A DNA stretch of 64,000 bases from positions 16,349-80,348 of the forward strand of contig JAXGMU010000006.1 in assembly GCA_040768485.1 (NCBI GenBank), given 5' to 3'. A program made the position numbers and the translations under genes. Below, piece after piece: positions 63,868-64,000 of the stretch. This DNA is from Bacteroidales bacterium (lineage in GTDB: Bacteria > Bacteroidota > Bacteroidia > Bacteroidales > GCA-2748055). The first letter of the stretch is position 1. Each line of letters begins with the position of its first letter. The notes under the pieces are model-generated. The model was not told where the DNA came from and did not search any database. It saw only the letters and a program-made list of their open reading frames with translations.

Positions 63868-64000
63868 TTATTTTCTGATGAACCTGGTGCTGATCCTTCC
63901 GTCAGCCGTGTGAAGAGTGATGAAATAAAGCCCTGCACGCAGACCGGAGACGTCGATCACCCTGTGATTGGCTACCGGGAACTCCGTGGTGCTGACCGGC
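63868..64000 (-). CDS. C-terminal end of a T9SS type-A sorting-domain (CTD) protein (gene continues beyond window end)
   Basis: Not in the ORF track. My minus-strand translation, ending at the stop TAA (63870-63868), is ...PVSTTEFPVANHRVIDVSGLRAGLYFITLHTADGRISTRFIRK*. This has the typical ..D.S.L..G.Y...L......K.I.K CTD ending. Confidence 0.7.
   Translation of the reverse strand, partial: PVSTTEFPVANHRVIDVSGLRAGLYFITLHTADGRISTRFIRK

Noticed and set aside
1-64000. Search for rRNA, tRNA, tmRNA, CRISPR arrays, transposases, integrases, reverse transcriptases or phage structural genes.
   Set aside because: No cloverleaf-like sequences in any spacer. No arrays of regularly spaced repeats of 24 nt or more. 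No ORF with DDE, tyrosine/serine recombinase or RT motifs. All intergenic gaps except 39964-40574 are shorter than 180 bp.

Overview
Gene-dense 64-kb chromosomal segment with about 65 CDS. I saw no rRNA, tRNA, CRISPR array, transposase or integrase. It comes from a moderately high-GC member of the Bacteroidota. The lineage call rests on gldH, a PorW/SprE-like lipoprotein, porX, a T9SS C-terminal sorting domain at the right edge, the panC / short-glgA-like / DUF4270-like / glmS arrangement, and several TAnnTTTG -7 promoter boxes.

Most of the window is housekeeping: radA, panCD, glmS, metG, pgk, holB, trmB, mrp/nifU, tsaE, waaA, nrdJ, tdh-kbl, gltX, glnS and folB.

Five regions look accessory or otherwise noteworthy:
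1. A six-gene nucleotide-sugar operon at 7.2-13.3 kb (rfbB, galE plus a WbpA/B/D/E-like set).
2. A low-GC islet at 17.2-19.6 kb with two toxin-antitoxin pairs (DUF6922-like/AbiEii-like and VapBC), a YjbR-like gene and a possible gene remnant.
3. A translationally coupled porW/sprE-like, porX, tsaE block.
4. A low-GC orphan TonB-dependent receptor followed by a 611-bp AT-rich, hairpin-rich non-coding region upstream of nrdJ.
5. A divergent 9-gene carotenoid cluster at 46.9-55.3 kb. Its enzyme set predicts an acylated, glycosylated monocyclic keto-carotenoid, and it ends in an uncharacterised secreted protein.

All family calls come from motif recognition and remembered synteny, since no alignments could be run. 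Many long ORFs in the track are antisense artefacts of high GC and were discarded. I found nothing I can call a clearly new system. The best candidates for follow-up are the carotenoid-cluster accessory gene, the DUF6922-like/AbiEii-like pair and the structured nrdJ upstream region.
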